Notes under the pieces: generated by a model
What the model was told of the DNA's origin: nothing
The model's database searches: none
The model's input: the letters and a program-made list of their open reading frames with translations, nothing else
Translations under genes and position numbers: made by a program
In this document: piece by piece, positions 9,993-19,740 of the stretch
Position numbering within the stretch: the first letter of the stretch is position 1
How the letters are laid out: each line of letters starts with the position of its first letter
Source: Sedimentisphaerales bacterium
Lineage (GTDB): Bacteria; Planctomycetota; Phycisphaerae; Sedimentisphaerales; SM23-30
Direction of reading: 5' to 3'
DNA: 64,000 nt
NCBI GenBank assembly: GCA_963663965.2
Contig: CAXXFK010000028.1
Coordinates: 32,001-96,000 of the forward strand

Positions 9993-10919
9993 TTATCTGG
10001 TTATTAGTTTTGGATTCACCAGCTGGTCATCGGTTAGGAACAGATATTGTCCACGGTAGGTTTTAGCCAGTTCAATCAGGTATCTTTCATTTTCCATTGT
10101 TCCGCAAAGGATGATATTTACAGTAGCGGGTGTTTTTCTTCTCTTTTGTATGCCTTTGACGGCCTGATCTATGATGGTATATTCGAAATCACCGTCGGTG
10201 AAGAGGTATATCATATTAGCTGATTTCTGATCGAAAGTCTGGCTGTCAAATCCATCACGAAGTGCCTTTAAGATCGGTCGCCATGATTCCATATTTGAAG
10301 GCACGGCCTGAACGCTTATCTTATTGATAAACTCTATTGCATTTTTACGGTTATAATATGATGCCCTGGTAAGAGAGCCTTCTGCAAAGCAAATTGGAAT
10401 ATCTGAAGCATAAAATATTATCTGGAAATACTGATTGGGGCCAAGTTTAGAGATAGATCTAATTAGTTCAGCCTTGATATAGTCGATCGCCATGACCATG
10501 CTGCCAGAGATGTCTACCACATAGCATATTTTATCACCCTGGCCAGAAGTACCAAAGAAGATGCTTTTAGGTGTAGTATTTGACTTAACTACCGATGGCA
10601 ATGTTGTTTTTACCGCGGTAGCCGGAACCACTACAGGGGCAATTGAAGCCTGAAATTGATCAAAACTGGCTTCTGGAAAATCCGGCATCGGCACAGCTGC
10701 TGAGTATGGAATATCGACAATCTCACTTTCGATCTCATTTTCTAGTTTGATGTTTTCCTGGGTAACACTTGCAATTCGTGCTGGCGGCTTATCATTATTG
10801 CTGCTCGTCAGTGTTTTGCTTGTAGTAATGAGCAGTACAGCAATAATAATCCCGTGCAGGATAAATGACACCAGCCAGCTGGTGCGATTAGCATTATTGT
10901 ATTTTGAGGCTAGTGCCAT
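9993..10919 (-). CDS. Membrane-anchored vWA-domain protein
   Basis: N-terminal TM (SWLVSFILHGIIIAVLL), Pro-rich linker, MIDAS motif YVVDISGSM and YLFTDGD. Confidence 0.8.
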   Translation of the reverse strand: MALASKYNNANRTSWLVSFILHGIIIAVLLITTSKTLTSSNNDKPPARIASVTQENIKLENEIESEIVDIPYSAAVPMPDFPEASFDQFQASIAPVVVPATAVKTTLPSVVKSNTTPKSIFFGTSGQGDKICYVVDISGSMVMAIDYIKAELIRSISKLGPNQYFQIIFYASDIPICFAEGSLTRASYYNRKNAIEFINKISVQAVPSNMESWRPILKALRDGFDSQTFDQKSANMIYLFTDGDFEYTIIDQAVKGIQKRRKTPATVNIILCGTMENERYLIELAKTYRGQYLFLTDDQLVNPKLITR

Positions 10920-10941
10920 AAGTTTTCAGTGAACGATTCCT

Positions 10942-13251
10942 TTATTCCTCTGTTTTTTCCAGACTCTTTAGAAGTTCTTCTTCTGCTGAAATCTCCTGGG
11001 TGTCATCTATTGAATATTTTGGAGTGACAAGAGTGTCCTGTTGATCCAGGGGTTCTGTTGATCTGTCATCTCTTCTTTCGCTGCGAGAGCGTGACCTGTG
11101 ATCATTTGTCATTCTGAGTGACTCGTCAGGTGTTTCCAGAATATGCGGAGTTAGGAAGATGATCATTTCGATCTTTTCCCGTTTTTTAGTTGTATGTTTG
11201 AAAAGGGCGCCGAGTAGTGGTATATCACCAAGAAGAGGTACTTTTTCTTCTACATCGTTGATTGTATCACCTGTAAAACCGGCAAGGCAAACTGTCTGCC
11301 CATTTTTTATTCTTAGGTTTACCTTTGCAGTTCTTTTGTTGATGATCTGCGGGTTAAAGTCTTCTGTGATCTGGAAAGTCTGGGCACTAATATCATCCAC
11401 TGTCTGTTCAATATTCAGAGAAATAAAATCGTCTGGATGAATCTGAGGTGTGACTTTAAGTGAAGTGGCAACATCTTCATACGTGACTTTACTGATATAT
11501 GCTTGATCGTATCTGGTTTCAATGCTTTCAAGTTTTGGAACTTTATTACCCAATGAGATTTCACCCTGAACATTATTCTTAGTAACAAGGTGCGGCCTGG
11601 ATATTACATCGATATTTCCTGAGGTAATCATTGCCTTGAGACTTAGTTTGAAATCGTGGTCAAGTACTTCATATGATAATCCAGAGATATTGTCAAAACC
11701 ATCAAAAGAAGTTCGGCAGAATAAGTAGCCGTTCTGTCGTTACGTAAATATTCGCCAGCATAATCCAATTGAACACCCATTTCATCAGCATTACTTTTAT
11801 TAACCTGGGTGATGAATACTTCAATATACACCATTTGTTGTGGCTTGTCCAGCTGAGCGATCATCTGCATGATCTTAGGGAAATTTCCTTGAAAAAGTAT
11901 AGATTAGAAGAGAATTTCTTATTTTATCTGCAACAATTGTGTATTCATTCTGGCTAACTAGTGCAAGTGACTGGCTGATTCTCTCTGCGAAGCTATTGTC
12001 TTCAATACCTGCACGAGAGAGAGTTCTTTTGATCTTTTCTGCGGTAACATCCGACTTGTCAGCATTTGCTTCTGCTTCCAGTAGTTCCTTAGGGGTTTCT
12101 GCCGGGGCCTGCTTGTATATATTATTAAGAAGATTGGTAATATCTTCCGCTTCGGCATATGAAAGTGGTATATACCTTAATTCCTTCTTGTCGATATCAA
12201 ATTTATTTTTCAATTCATCAATAATAGGGAAAATAGCTTCATCCTGAGTTTCAATAACCAGGACATTATTACGTTCTTCAGACGATACGTATTTGTCTTT
12301 CAGAGATGGATTATTTGCCATTAATCCCTGAAACGACTCAACGCTGATATAGTTTAAGGTAATATATTTCTGGATAACTGGAGGGCCGGGAGGGGCAATA
12401 TCCAGCTCTTCTTTGATAACTTTTTCCATCTCATCGATAACAAAGTCAGGACCTTCTACTACGATCTTACGCTGCTTTGGATGTTTGTGTATTTTGTAAA
12501 CTTTTCTGGCTCTTTCTTCAACTGTAGCATTAGGAGAAACCAGGTATACTTCTTTAAGATAGTCAAGGATCTCATCAGAAACAGCATTTTTCAGGTCAAT
12601 ACTTCTGATAACAATTTCCGGCATATCATTCTGCAGGAGTTCAGCTACATCGCTTTTAGGTATATCTGTTTTGGGTGTCTGGTGAGGGCTAAGGGCAATG
12701 TTTTTTACTGGAATATCGATTTCGGCCAGATAGGTCTGAATTTCCTTTATTACTTTTTCAGGGCCGCGAACGATAATAGAGTCTCCGTTTGGATGAGGTT
12801 CTATCATACTTGGCTTTTTACTCTTATTGTCACCTTCTGGCCCTGGAGGCATGAAACGTTTTTTCAGGATCTGTACCGTTTCTTCCGGCTTAAGGAATTT
12901 CAGCTTTATAACCTGGTCTATATCCTGAATTTGAGTAATAGTTATTATTTGCCCATTGAGTATTGCTTTTCTGTTCTGTTTGAGAAGAACTTCGTTAAGT
13001 AGTGAAAGCATACCGCTTACGTCAACCTTTTCCCGGCTTATCAGAGTGATAGGGCCAGAAACAAGCTCTACCCCGTCAAATTGGACATGGTATGTTTCGG
13101 ACAGCATCTGGAATAACTGTTTAGGTTCCAGGTCCGGGTAATAGCAGCTAGCCTTAACAACATCATCTTTTGGAGCTTCCTGTGCGTAAGTTATTGTTGG
13201 TAAAGCGAATATGAGAAAAAGCAGGGCAAGTAACAATCCATTATTTTTCAT
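10942..13251 (-). pseudogene. Secretin (GspD-like), split by two frameshifts that are probably sequencing errors
   Basis: Signal peptide and N-domain repeats (LKFLKPEE, LKNAVSDEI, LSYAEAEDI), then LDKPQQMVYIEVFI and the secretin domain (LKVTPQI, GQTVCLAG, KVPLLGDIPLLGALFK, EMIIFLTPHI). The three ORFs join with a +1 at ~11878-11886 and a -1 at ~11712. Confidence 0.85.
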
Positions 13252-13502
13252 TTTTGTCTCCTGATTCTGTAATGTAGCACCATGTATCTGGTCTGTCCGA
13301 AAATCATTATGAAGTCTTTAATGGTTCAAGGAGCTATTAAAATTGCTATTGAACGGACAAACTTAATGGTAAGTATAATATCTTTTACCATAAAACCGGA
13401 GAATTTTCAAGATATTTGTATGTGCATAAGGTGTTGGTTTTTAAAGGATTACAAAGTTAAGAATGGAGGTCTTATTTCGAATGCAGAGTCTTATTGGCAT
13501 AT

Positions 13503-13553
13503 AAAAAAATATTCCCGACAAAATCATTTATAGTAGGATGATTTTGCCAGGAA
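13503..13553 (-). terminator. Rho-independent terminator after the ECF/FecR pair
   Basis: Minus strand TTCCTGGCAAAATCAT-loop-ATGATTTTGTCGGGAA (16 bp including G-U pairs), followed by TATTTTTTT. Confidence 0.75.
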
Positions 13554-13646
13554 CTAATGCGTGAATAACACAAGGTTATTGCGTTTAGGAGATCTCATCA
13601 AACTGTAATGCACACAGTTGTTTTAAGATACTGCGATTGTGTTATT

Positions 13647-15371
13647 TTATTTATCCAGCGGGAAATTGCTGTATAGTTTTTTTATTGCTTCTGGTTTCAG
13701 GGCATAATCCCATATAGCCATGTCGTAGATGTTGCCATAAAATGGATAGCTGAGAGAATTAGATCTTACGCCAAGATGTATCTTGATATCATTGCTCAAA
13801 TCCATACTTTTAGCGATAGAATTGTCCATTTTATTTGTTATCTGGAATTCGACATCGCTTTTCTCCAGCGTGTCTTTGCTGGCAGAGTGCCAACTAATAT
13901 CACTGCCATCAAGGTATCCTTTGAATGTGCCGGTATTACGGTCTACTACCATTGCTATTGAATGCCAGTTATTGTCATCAATTGTGATATCAGACGTGTA
14001 CCAAAGCTGAATAAGTTCGCCATCCACATGGCCGGAAAGTCTGACAAAAGGTTTGTTGTCAAGTAGTCCCATACGCCAGCCTTTTTGGCCAACGGGCATA
14101 AATCTACTTGCAATGAACTGTTTATTATCTTGAGGGTTGGCATCAATGTCAGTCTTGAACCATAATGCAACAGTAAAGCTGTTTTCCTCGTATACCGGGA
14201 TTTTGTCAAATATCACATAACCTGGATTATCTATATCAGGAGAAAAGTATGCCGAAGAGTCAGCGATACCTGCTTTGTTATTATTCGCAAATTGCTGGAA
14301 TAGTACATTTGTGTATTCAATATGATCTTTAAGATCAAAACTGCTTAAGTACCTGTTTACCCAGGATGCCTTATCGTTGAATGTATAGTAGGTTGAGACA
14401 TTACTGATTTCGATCTGTTTTTCATAGCTGGAAAGTGGACGGTCCATAACACTATTTTGGATAAATGGTATATCTTCCATTACTCCAAAATTATCAACAG
14501 ATTTTGCAATACCAGCTTTAAGTATCTCTCTACTGCTATCGTCTTTGCTATTGGAGATTACAGCGGAGCCTTTATACATTTGCACTTCAGTAGAACGAAG
14601 ATACCTGTCTACGTTTATACTAAATTCAGTACCTAGGTCAACGATCATTGCATTTGGCGTTTTAACGGTGAAGCCTGTACCTTCTTTTTGAACTTTCGAG
14701 TACATTTTACCATAGCTGAGAGTCAGTTCAGATTGTGTTTTGAACTGGAATCTGGCTGGAGCTTCCATGACAATGCTTACATTTCGATCTGTTTTTAGTT
14801 CTATTATGCCGTTTGCGAGAGTTATGACTTCGTTCAGGTAAATATTGTCACCCTGGTTTAGATTCTGAACATCGCCAGTCCATTCACACTTGTATGTATC
14901 TGCAAGAAGGGCAGCCCTTGGACTTGGAGTCAGAGGGTTGAATTTTATATAAACAACAAGAAATATTATTGCTGCTGCTGCTGCTGCTATGGCTAGCGGA
15001 GAAGGTCTTTCAGCCTTGGCTAAAAGTACAGGTCTTTCGATTATATCAAGATCTAGCTCAGTCGATTTGTTATCAGATGGTATATTTACAACTGGAGCCT
15101 GGTTTTCATATTCTGCAAATTTATGAAGTATATCACAGTCACAGGAATCATTTTCCAGCTCTGAATCTGAAATCGATGAGAGTATATCGAAAACAGCCTG
15201 TTCTTGTTTATGGATCATTACAAACTTTTCGACATACTCCTGTTGCATGAGGTATGCCTTGAGGATGGCCGCTTCATCTTCAGTAATAGTTTCATCCTGA
15301 TATTTTTGTACAAGAATATCGAAGTCGCTGTCAGAGATATCTGAAGTCTGATTGTAGTTATTATCAGTCAT
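13647..15371 (-). CDS. FecR-family anti-sigma factor with C-terminal LamG/ConA-like domain
   Basis: Acidic N-terminus, TM (LAIAAAAAIIFLVVY), FecR motif GFTVKTPNAMIVDLGTEFSI, LamG motifs FTVALWFK, NWHSIAMV and FYGNIYDMAIWDYAL. ATG at 15371 overlaps the sigma stop (TAATG). Confidence 0.85.
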   Translation of the reverse strand: MTDNNYNQTSDISDSDFDILVQKYQDETITEDEAAILKAYLMQQEYVEKFVMIHKQEQAVFDILSSISDSELENDSCDCDILHKFAEYENQAPVVNIPSDNKSTELDLDIIERPVLLAKAERPSPLAIAAAAAAIIFLVVYIKFNPLTPSPRAALLADTYKCEWTGDVQNLNQGDNIYLNEVITLANGIIELKTDRNVSIVMEAPARFQFKTQSELTLSYGKMYSKVQKEGTGFTVKTPNAMIVDLGTEFSINVDRYLRSTEVQMYKGSAVISNSKDDSSREILKAGIAKSVDNFGVMEDIPFIQNSVMDRPLSSYEKQIEISNVSTYYTFNDKASWVNRYLSSFDLKDHIEYTNVLFQQFANNNKAGIADSSAYFSPDIDNPGYVIFDKIPVYEENSFTVALWFKTDIDANPQDNKQFIASRFMPVGQKGWRMGLLDNKPFVRLSGHVDGELIQLWYTSDITIDDNNWHSIAMVVDRNTGTFKGYLDGSDISWHSASKDTLEKSDVEFQITNKMDNSIAKSMDLSNDIKIHLGVRSNSLSYPFYGNIYDMAIWDYALKPEAIKKLYSNFPLDK

Positions 15372-15895
15372 TACTCTTCCTTGATAGCCTTTACCTTCTT
15401 CTGCATGCAATTATATAATGAACGGTGGGCACGGCTAACTGCGACATACACCGATTTGACATTTCTGTTAAGAGAATTGGCTAGATCTGCGCCGGTCAAA
15501 TTATACTTATACCGTTTTTCGAGTAATTCTCTAACGGGTTTAGATAGCTGATCGATGCATTTTTCAAGAATCGTCAATGTTTCAGGATTGTCCAGGAAGG
15601 AATTCTTCTCGTTTTCATACTGAATCAGAGTCAAAATGTTATCGTCAATTACTAACGGTCGCTTTTTCTGTTCGCGCAAATACTTTAGGGCTTCATTTTT
15701 GCCAACAACCCAGACCCATTTCAATAGGTGGCTGCTGTCCTGAAACTTTTCTTTGTTTTGCAATGACTGTAAGCAGATCTTTTGGAAAATATCTTCTGCG
15801 ATATGGAAGTCACAGACAATTGACCTAAGAAACGACAACAGTTTAACTCTGTTTTTCAGTACTGCCTCTAAAACTTGTTCTTCTTTAAGGGCCAT
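15371..15895 (-). CDS. ECF sigma-70 family RNA polymerase sigma factor
   Basis: Region 2 AEDIFQ...LLKWVWVVGKNEAL; region 4 LEKCIDQL...LLEKRY...VYVAVSRAHRSLYNC; coupled to the FecR gene. Start taken at MALKEE. Confidence 0.88.
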   Translation of the reverse strand: MALKEEQVLEAVLKNRVKLLSFLRSIVCDFHIAEDIFQKICLQSLQNKEKFQDSSHLLKWVWVVGKNEALKYLREQKKRPLVIDDNILTLIQYENEKNSFLDNPETLTILEKCIDQLSKPVRELLEKRYKYNLTGADLANSLNRNVKSVYVAVSRAHRSLYNCMQKKVKAIKEE

Positions 15896-16197
15896 TATTA
15901 TCTCTACACTTTTATAATCCAGAAGTTTAATTTTCTTAACATGGAAAATAATAAAAAACATTTAAATGATCATTATTGTCATCGGCTAGGAGTGTGTATG
16001 AACATAAAAGTTTTAGCCTCAATAACTTATAATACCATTGCAGATTCTTATGACGCTACTTCACTATGAATAATATCTGGTTGGTAAATTATTTTAGCAC
16101 TTTATGGAGGGTAAATCTAGATGTCTGCGTCTTAAATATACATTGAAATGTTAATATGGGTATTGATTATGAAGAAGTTGTAATTTACAATTCAGAA

Positions 16198-17355
16198 ATG
16201 ACTTATAAAAAAAGAAATATAGCAGTTGTGACGGGAACCAGGGCTGATTACGGTATATTAAAGCCGGTGATCGAAGCTATAGATGCTAACAAAAAACTAA
16301 ATCTGGGCGTCCTGATTACAGGGCAGCATATGCTTAAAAGGTTTGGTAGCACCTGTAAGGAAGTAGAAGCTGACGGCTGGCCGATCATTGGTAAAGTCAG
16401 GCTGCAGGGAGAGAATTATGATCTCAGATCTCAGGCTGTATCCACCGGCAGGGCGATCTCCAAATATAGCCAGATATTTATAGATAACAATACTGATATA
16501 GTTGTTGTTTTAGGCGATCGCCTGGAACAGTTTGCAGCGGCAACTGCGGCAATTTCAGCTGATAAGTTTCTGGCTCATATTCATGGCGGTGACAGGGCAA
16601 CCGGTATTACAGATGACAGTTTCAGACATGCAATTACTAAGCTGAGCCATGTTCATTTTGCTGCCAGCGAGATGTCGGCCCAGAGAATTAAGCGGCTTGG
16701 CGAGGATGATTTCAGAATTTATCGGACCGGCTCGCCTGCAATTGATGGAATTTTAAAAAATATTTGCCGGGATAAAAAGGTACTGTCTGAGTATGTCGAT
16801 TTTGATATTGAGAATGATTTTGTGATCGTTCTTTATCATCCTGCTGGCGGATCAGAGAAAACAGAGCAAAGCAGAATGGCTGATATTCTCAAAGTTATGA
16901 GCTGTAAGTCACTGCATAAAATGGTGTTATATCCTAACTGTGACCAGGGGAGCCCAGGTGTTATTAAAGCTATGAATAGCTATAAGGGGCGCAAAGGCTT
17001 TTCTATTGTAAAGCATCTGCCAAGAAGTATATACCTTGGTTTGTTGGAGAGATCTAAAGGGTTAATAGGTAATAGTTCTGGTGGAATTATTGAGGCGAGC
17101 ATCATAAATGTCGATGTTATAGACGTTGGCAGCAGGCAGTCTGGCCGTGAACGCTCTAAAAGTGTAATTCATTCTGAATATGGCACAGATAATATTGAAA
17201 AAGCTGCCCAAATGATGGTAAGACGTCAAAAACGTTCGTATAAATATACTGATTGTGATATTTATGGGGACGGACGCAGCGGAAAAAAAATTGCCTCGAT
17301 TTTGACTAAAATCAAGCTGAATGACCAGTTAAAGTTAAAAACTATAGTATATTAA
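16198..17355 (+). CDS. neuC: UDP-N-acetylglucosamine 2-epimerase (hydrolysing, NeuC type)
   Basis: VVTGTRADYG, LGDRLE, HIHGGD, RHAITKLSHVHF, IGNSSGGIIEA, YGDGRSG. Confidence 0.85.
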   Translation: MTYKKRNIAVVTGTRADYGILKPVIEAIDANKKLNLGVLITGQHMLKRFGSTCKEVEADGWPIIGKVRLQGENYDLRSQAVSTGRAISKYSQIFIDNNTDIVVVLGDRLEQFAAATAAISADKFLAHIHGGDRATGITDDSFRHAITKLSHVHFAASEMSAQRIKRLGEDDFRIYRTGSPAIDGILKNICRDKKVLSEYVDFDIENDFVIVLYHPAGGSEKTEQSRMADILKVMSCKSLHKMVLYPNCDQGSPGVIKAMNSYKGRKGFSIVKHLPRSIYLGLLERSKGLIGNSSGGIIEASIINVDVIDVGSRQSGRERSKSVIHSEYGTDNIEKAAQMMVRRQKRSYKYTDCDIYGDGRSGKKIASILTKIKLNDQLKLKTIVY

Positions 17356-17463
17356 TATCTTTAACTTAACTGGCACTGCAATTATTCCGATATGCTGGAT
17401 GGAAAGAGGCCTCCTGTTCAAGCAGGAAAGGTTCAATTGTCAATTTGTGCGAAGGAATTATTT

Positions 17464-18321
17464 ATGAGTGAAACTGAAGCTCTCAAAATAGCGAATAATA
17501 CAATCGAAATTGCTACATTACCTGAAGTTACGATGAAGATCATCGAGGTCGTTCAGGATCCGCGCAGTACCGCTCATGATCTGCATGAAATTGTGAAGAA
17601 TGACCCGGCCTTGTCTTCAAGAGTTTTAAGAGTAGTAAATTCAGCGTTTTATGGGTTGCCTGGCCAGATCGGCAGTATAGACAGGGCAATTATGCTTCTT
17701 GGGTTAAATGCTGTAAAAAACATTGCTATAGCTGCTTCATTGAGCAAAATGTTCAAAGGTGGAGCTGTTTCTGATGATCTTACAGGAAAAGACTTATGGA
17801 CTCATAGTGTAGCTGTTGGAGCTGCAAATAAGCTTATCACTCAGGCAATCGGTTTAGCATTGCCGGATGAGGCATTTCTTGCAGGGTTGATCCATGATAT
17901 TGGTGTCGTTGCAGAACTTCAGTGCTGCAGCAGTGAAATACCAAAGGTTGTAGATGCTATTCGTGCAGGGCTGCCATTGCTAAAAGCAGAAGAAAAAGTG
18001 CTTGGCGCAAATCACCAGGAAATAGGTGCTTTACTGTCTTCTAAATGGAAATTCCCTAGATCATTCCAGTTTGTTACCGGCTACCATCATACTCCATTTG
18101 AGCTGGCACCAGAAAACCGCCTGCTGGCATGTGTGACATATCTGGCCGACTACGTCTGTACCAAGAAGGGGCTTGGAATTGTTAAGACCCACGGTCAGGA
18201 ACAGTCAGAAGAGCTGGATATGGATGTGCTTAAAGAGATCAAGCTTTCTGAAGAATCTCTGGAACATGTTATTGATAATATCGATGAAGAGCTCGAAGTT
18301 GTAAGAACTCTCATTGAATAG
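17464..18321 (+). CDS. HDOD domain protein
   Basis: TLPEV, DPALSSRVLRVVNSAFYG, AIMLLG, LWTHS, AFLAGLIHDIG, KWKFP, YHH. Confidence 0.9.
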   Translation: MSETEALKIANNTIEIATLPEVTMKIIEVVQDPRSTAHDLHEIVKNDPALSSRVLRVVNSAFYGLPGQIGSIDRAIMLLGLNAVKNIAIAASLSKMFKGGAVSDDLTGKDLWTHSVAVGAANKLITQAIGLALPDEAFLAGLIHDIGVVAELQCCSSEIPKVVDAIRAGLPLLKAEEKVLGANHQEIGALLSSKWKFPRSFQFVTGYHHTPFELAPENRLLACVTYLADYVCTKKGLGIVKTHGQEQSEELDMDVLKEIKLSEESLEHVIDNIDEELEVVRTLIE

Positions 18322-18334
18322 TGCGAATAAGGCA

Positions 18335-18730
18335 TTAATTGCCATTTAAGCATAAAATAATATCAATTATCAGGGCTATTGCTGATAGTATGAAAATTGC
18401 AAAATAGTTGAAATTCTCTTTCGATTTTACAATAGAATTCAATAAATATAGCAATACAGCTCTCTGGTCATCAGTCATGCATTTAGCTTCTTTTACTGCT
18501 TCTATCAGATTGTAATCTTTTACAGCCAATCTTCTTTTGTTAGATATCTTAAAACGATATAAAAAAAAGAAAATATATCCGATCACTCCAAAGTACCATA
18601 CTGGCCTGACAAATGATGGTGATAATTCTGACAAAATTGTAAGTATTCTGAATGATATTGTGCATAAAAGACCAAGGATAAAAAAACTGTAAATGATCCA
18701 TGGGCTTTTGGTTTTCGGGATTTCAGCCAT
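18335..18730 (-). CDS. Hypothetical membrane protein (about 3 TM)
   Basis: Three hydrophobic segments; fills the space between the HDOD and tatD genes. Confidence 0.65.
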   Translation of the reverse strand: MAEIPKTKSPWIIYSFFILGLLCTISFRILTILSELSPSFVRPVWYFGVIGYIFFFLYRFKISNKRRLAVKDYNLIEAVKEAKCMTDDQRAVLLYLLNSIVKSKENFNYFAIFILSAIALIIDIILCLNGN

Positions 18731-18888
18731 TGGCGGGTGTTTCTCTCTTAAATTCAATATTTCTAATGCTCTTATCTGTAATATTTTAGCTTAAAGAACT
18801 GCTTTAAGTCAATATTGCATATTAAAGATATTTCCGTTAGAATAGCGGTCTGAAAACATTGTCTCCCTTTGCTTGATAAGGAAAACTG

Positions 18889-19668
18889 ATGCAATTTGTA
18901 GATACGCACGCACACTTGACATTTGAGCAATATGAAGGAAAGCTCGATCATTTTGTTACTCAGGCTGCTGAAGCCGGGGTTGGCAGGATTGTCACTGTCG
19001 GCACAGACCTTCTGGACAGTCTTAAAGCCGTTGCTATCGCAAAAGAGTATCAAGATGTCATTTATGCCGTTATCGGCGTACACCCGCATGATGCCGCATC
19101 TAACAGCCCACAGGATATCGACGATATGGGGCGAATTATCGAAGATGGCTCTGTTATAGCAGTAGGGGAAACCGGTCTTGACTATTACTACGATCTTAGC
19201 CCCAAAGCCGCTCAGCAGGAGATATTTCGCAGTCATTTGACATTAGCGAGAAAGTATTCAGTGCCAGTAATAATTCACTGCAGAGATGCTTTTGATGACT
19301 GTATAGGGATAATCAAAGAGTTTGGTCCACAGCCGGAAGAAGTGATTTTCCACTGTTACAGCGGTGGTTTGAAAGAGACAAAAGAATTAATGGATTTGGG
19401 TGTGATCTTTAGCTTTTCTGGTACAGTGACCTTTAAGAAATCCTCTGAAATTCAGGAAAGTGCCGTCTATCTGCCAATGGACAGAATTATGCTCGAAACA
19501 GACAGTCCATATCTAAGTCCTGAACCTAAGCGTAATGTTAAGCCAAACGAGCCAGCATTAGTAATTCATACTGCTGCTAAACTTGCAGAGCTTAAGGGCT
19601 GTAAGCTGGAAGAGATCGCCTCAGCCACAACTGCCAATTTTGAAAGAGTTATGCTGAAAATAAGTTAG
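18889..19668 (+). CDS. tatD: TatD family metal-dependent hydrolase/DNase
   Basis: DTHAH, GVHPH, GETGLD, HCR, HCYSG and LETDSPYLSP motifs. Confidence 0.93.
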   Translation: MQFVDTHAHLTFEQYEGKLDHFVTQAAEAGVGRIVTVGTDLLDSLKAVAIAKEYQDVIYAVIGVHPHDAASNSPQDIDDMGRIIEDGSVIAVGETGLDYYYDLSPKAAQQEIFRSHLTLARKYSVPVIIHCRDAFDDCIGIIKEFGPQPEEVIFHCYSGGLKETKELMDLGVIFSFSGTVTFKKSSEIQESAVYLPMDRIMLETDSPYLSPEPKRNVKPNEPALVIHTAAKLAELKGCKLEEIASATTANFERVMLKIS

Positions 19669-19740
19669 TTGTTGTCTAACCTTACAACGCTTCGATCTAA
19701 TTCGGCTTCACTCTTAGTTTTCAGTTTTTCTCTATTGTCC

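Noticed and set aside
11878..11889. Programmed ribosomal frameshift in the secretin gene
   Set aside because: A second, opposite shift would also be needed, and similar homopolymer indels occur in unrelated housekeeping genes.
13282..13533. 83-aa ORF between the secretin and FecR genes
   Set aside because: No RBS or motif, and it overlaps the terminator hairpin.
14970..14988. (TGC)n trinucleotide repeat
   Set aside because: It encodes the poly-Ala stretch of the FecR transmembrane helix; in frame and short.
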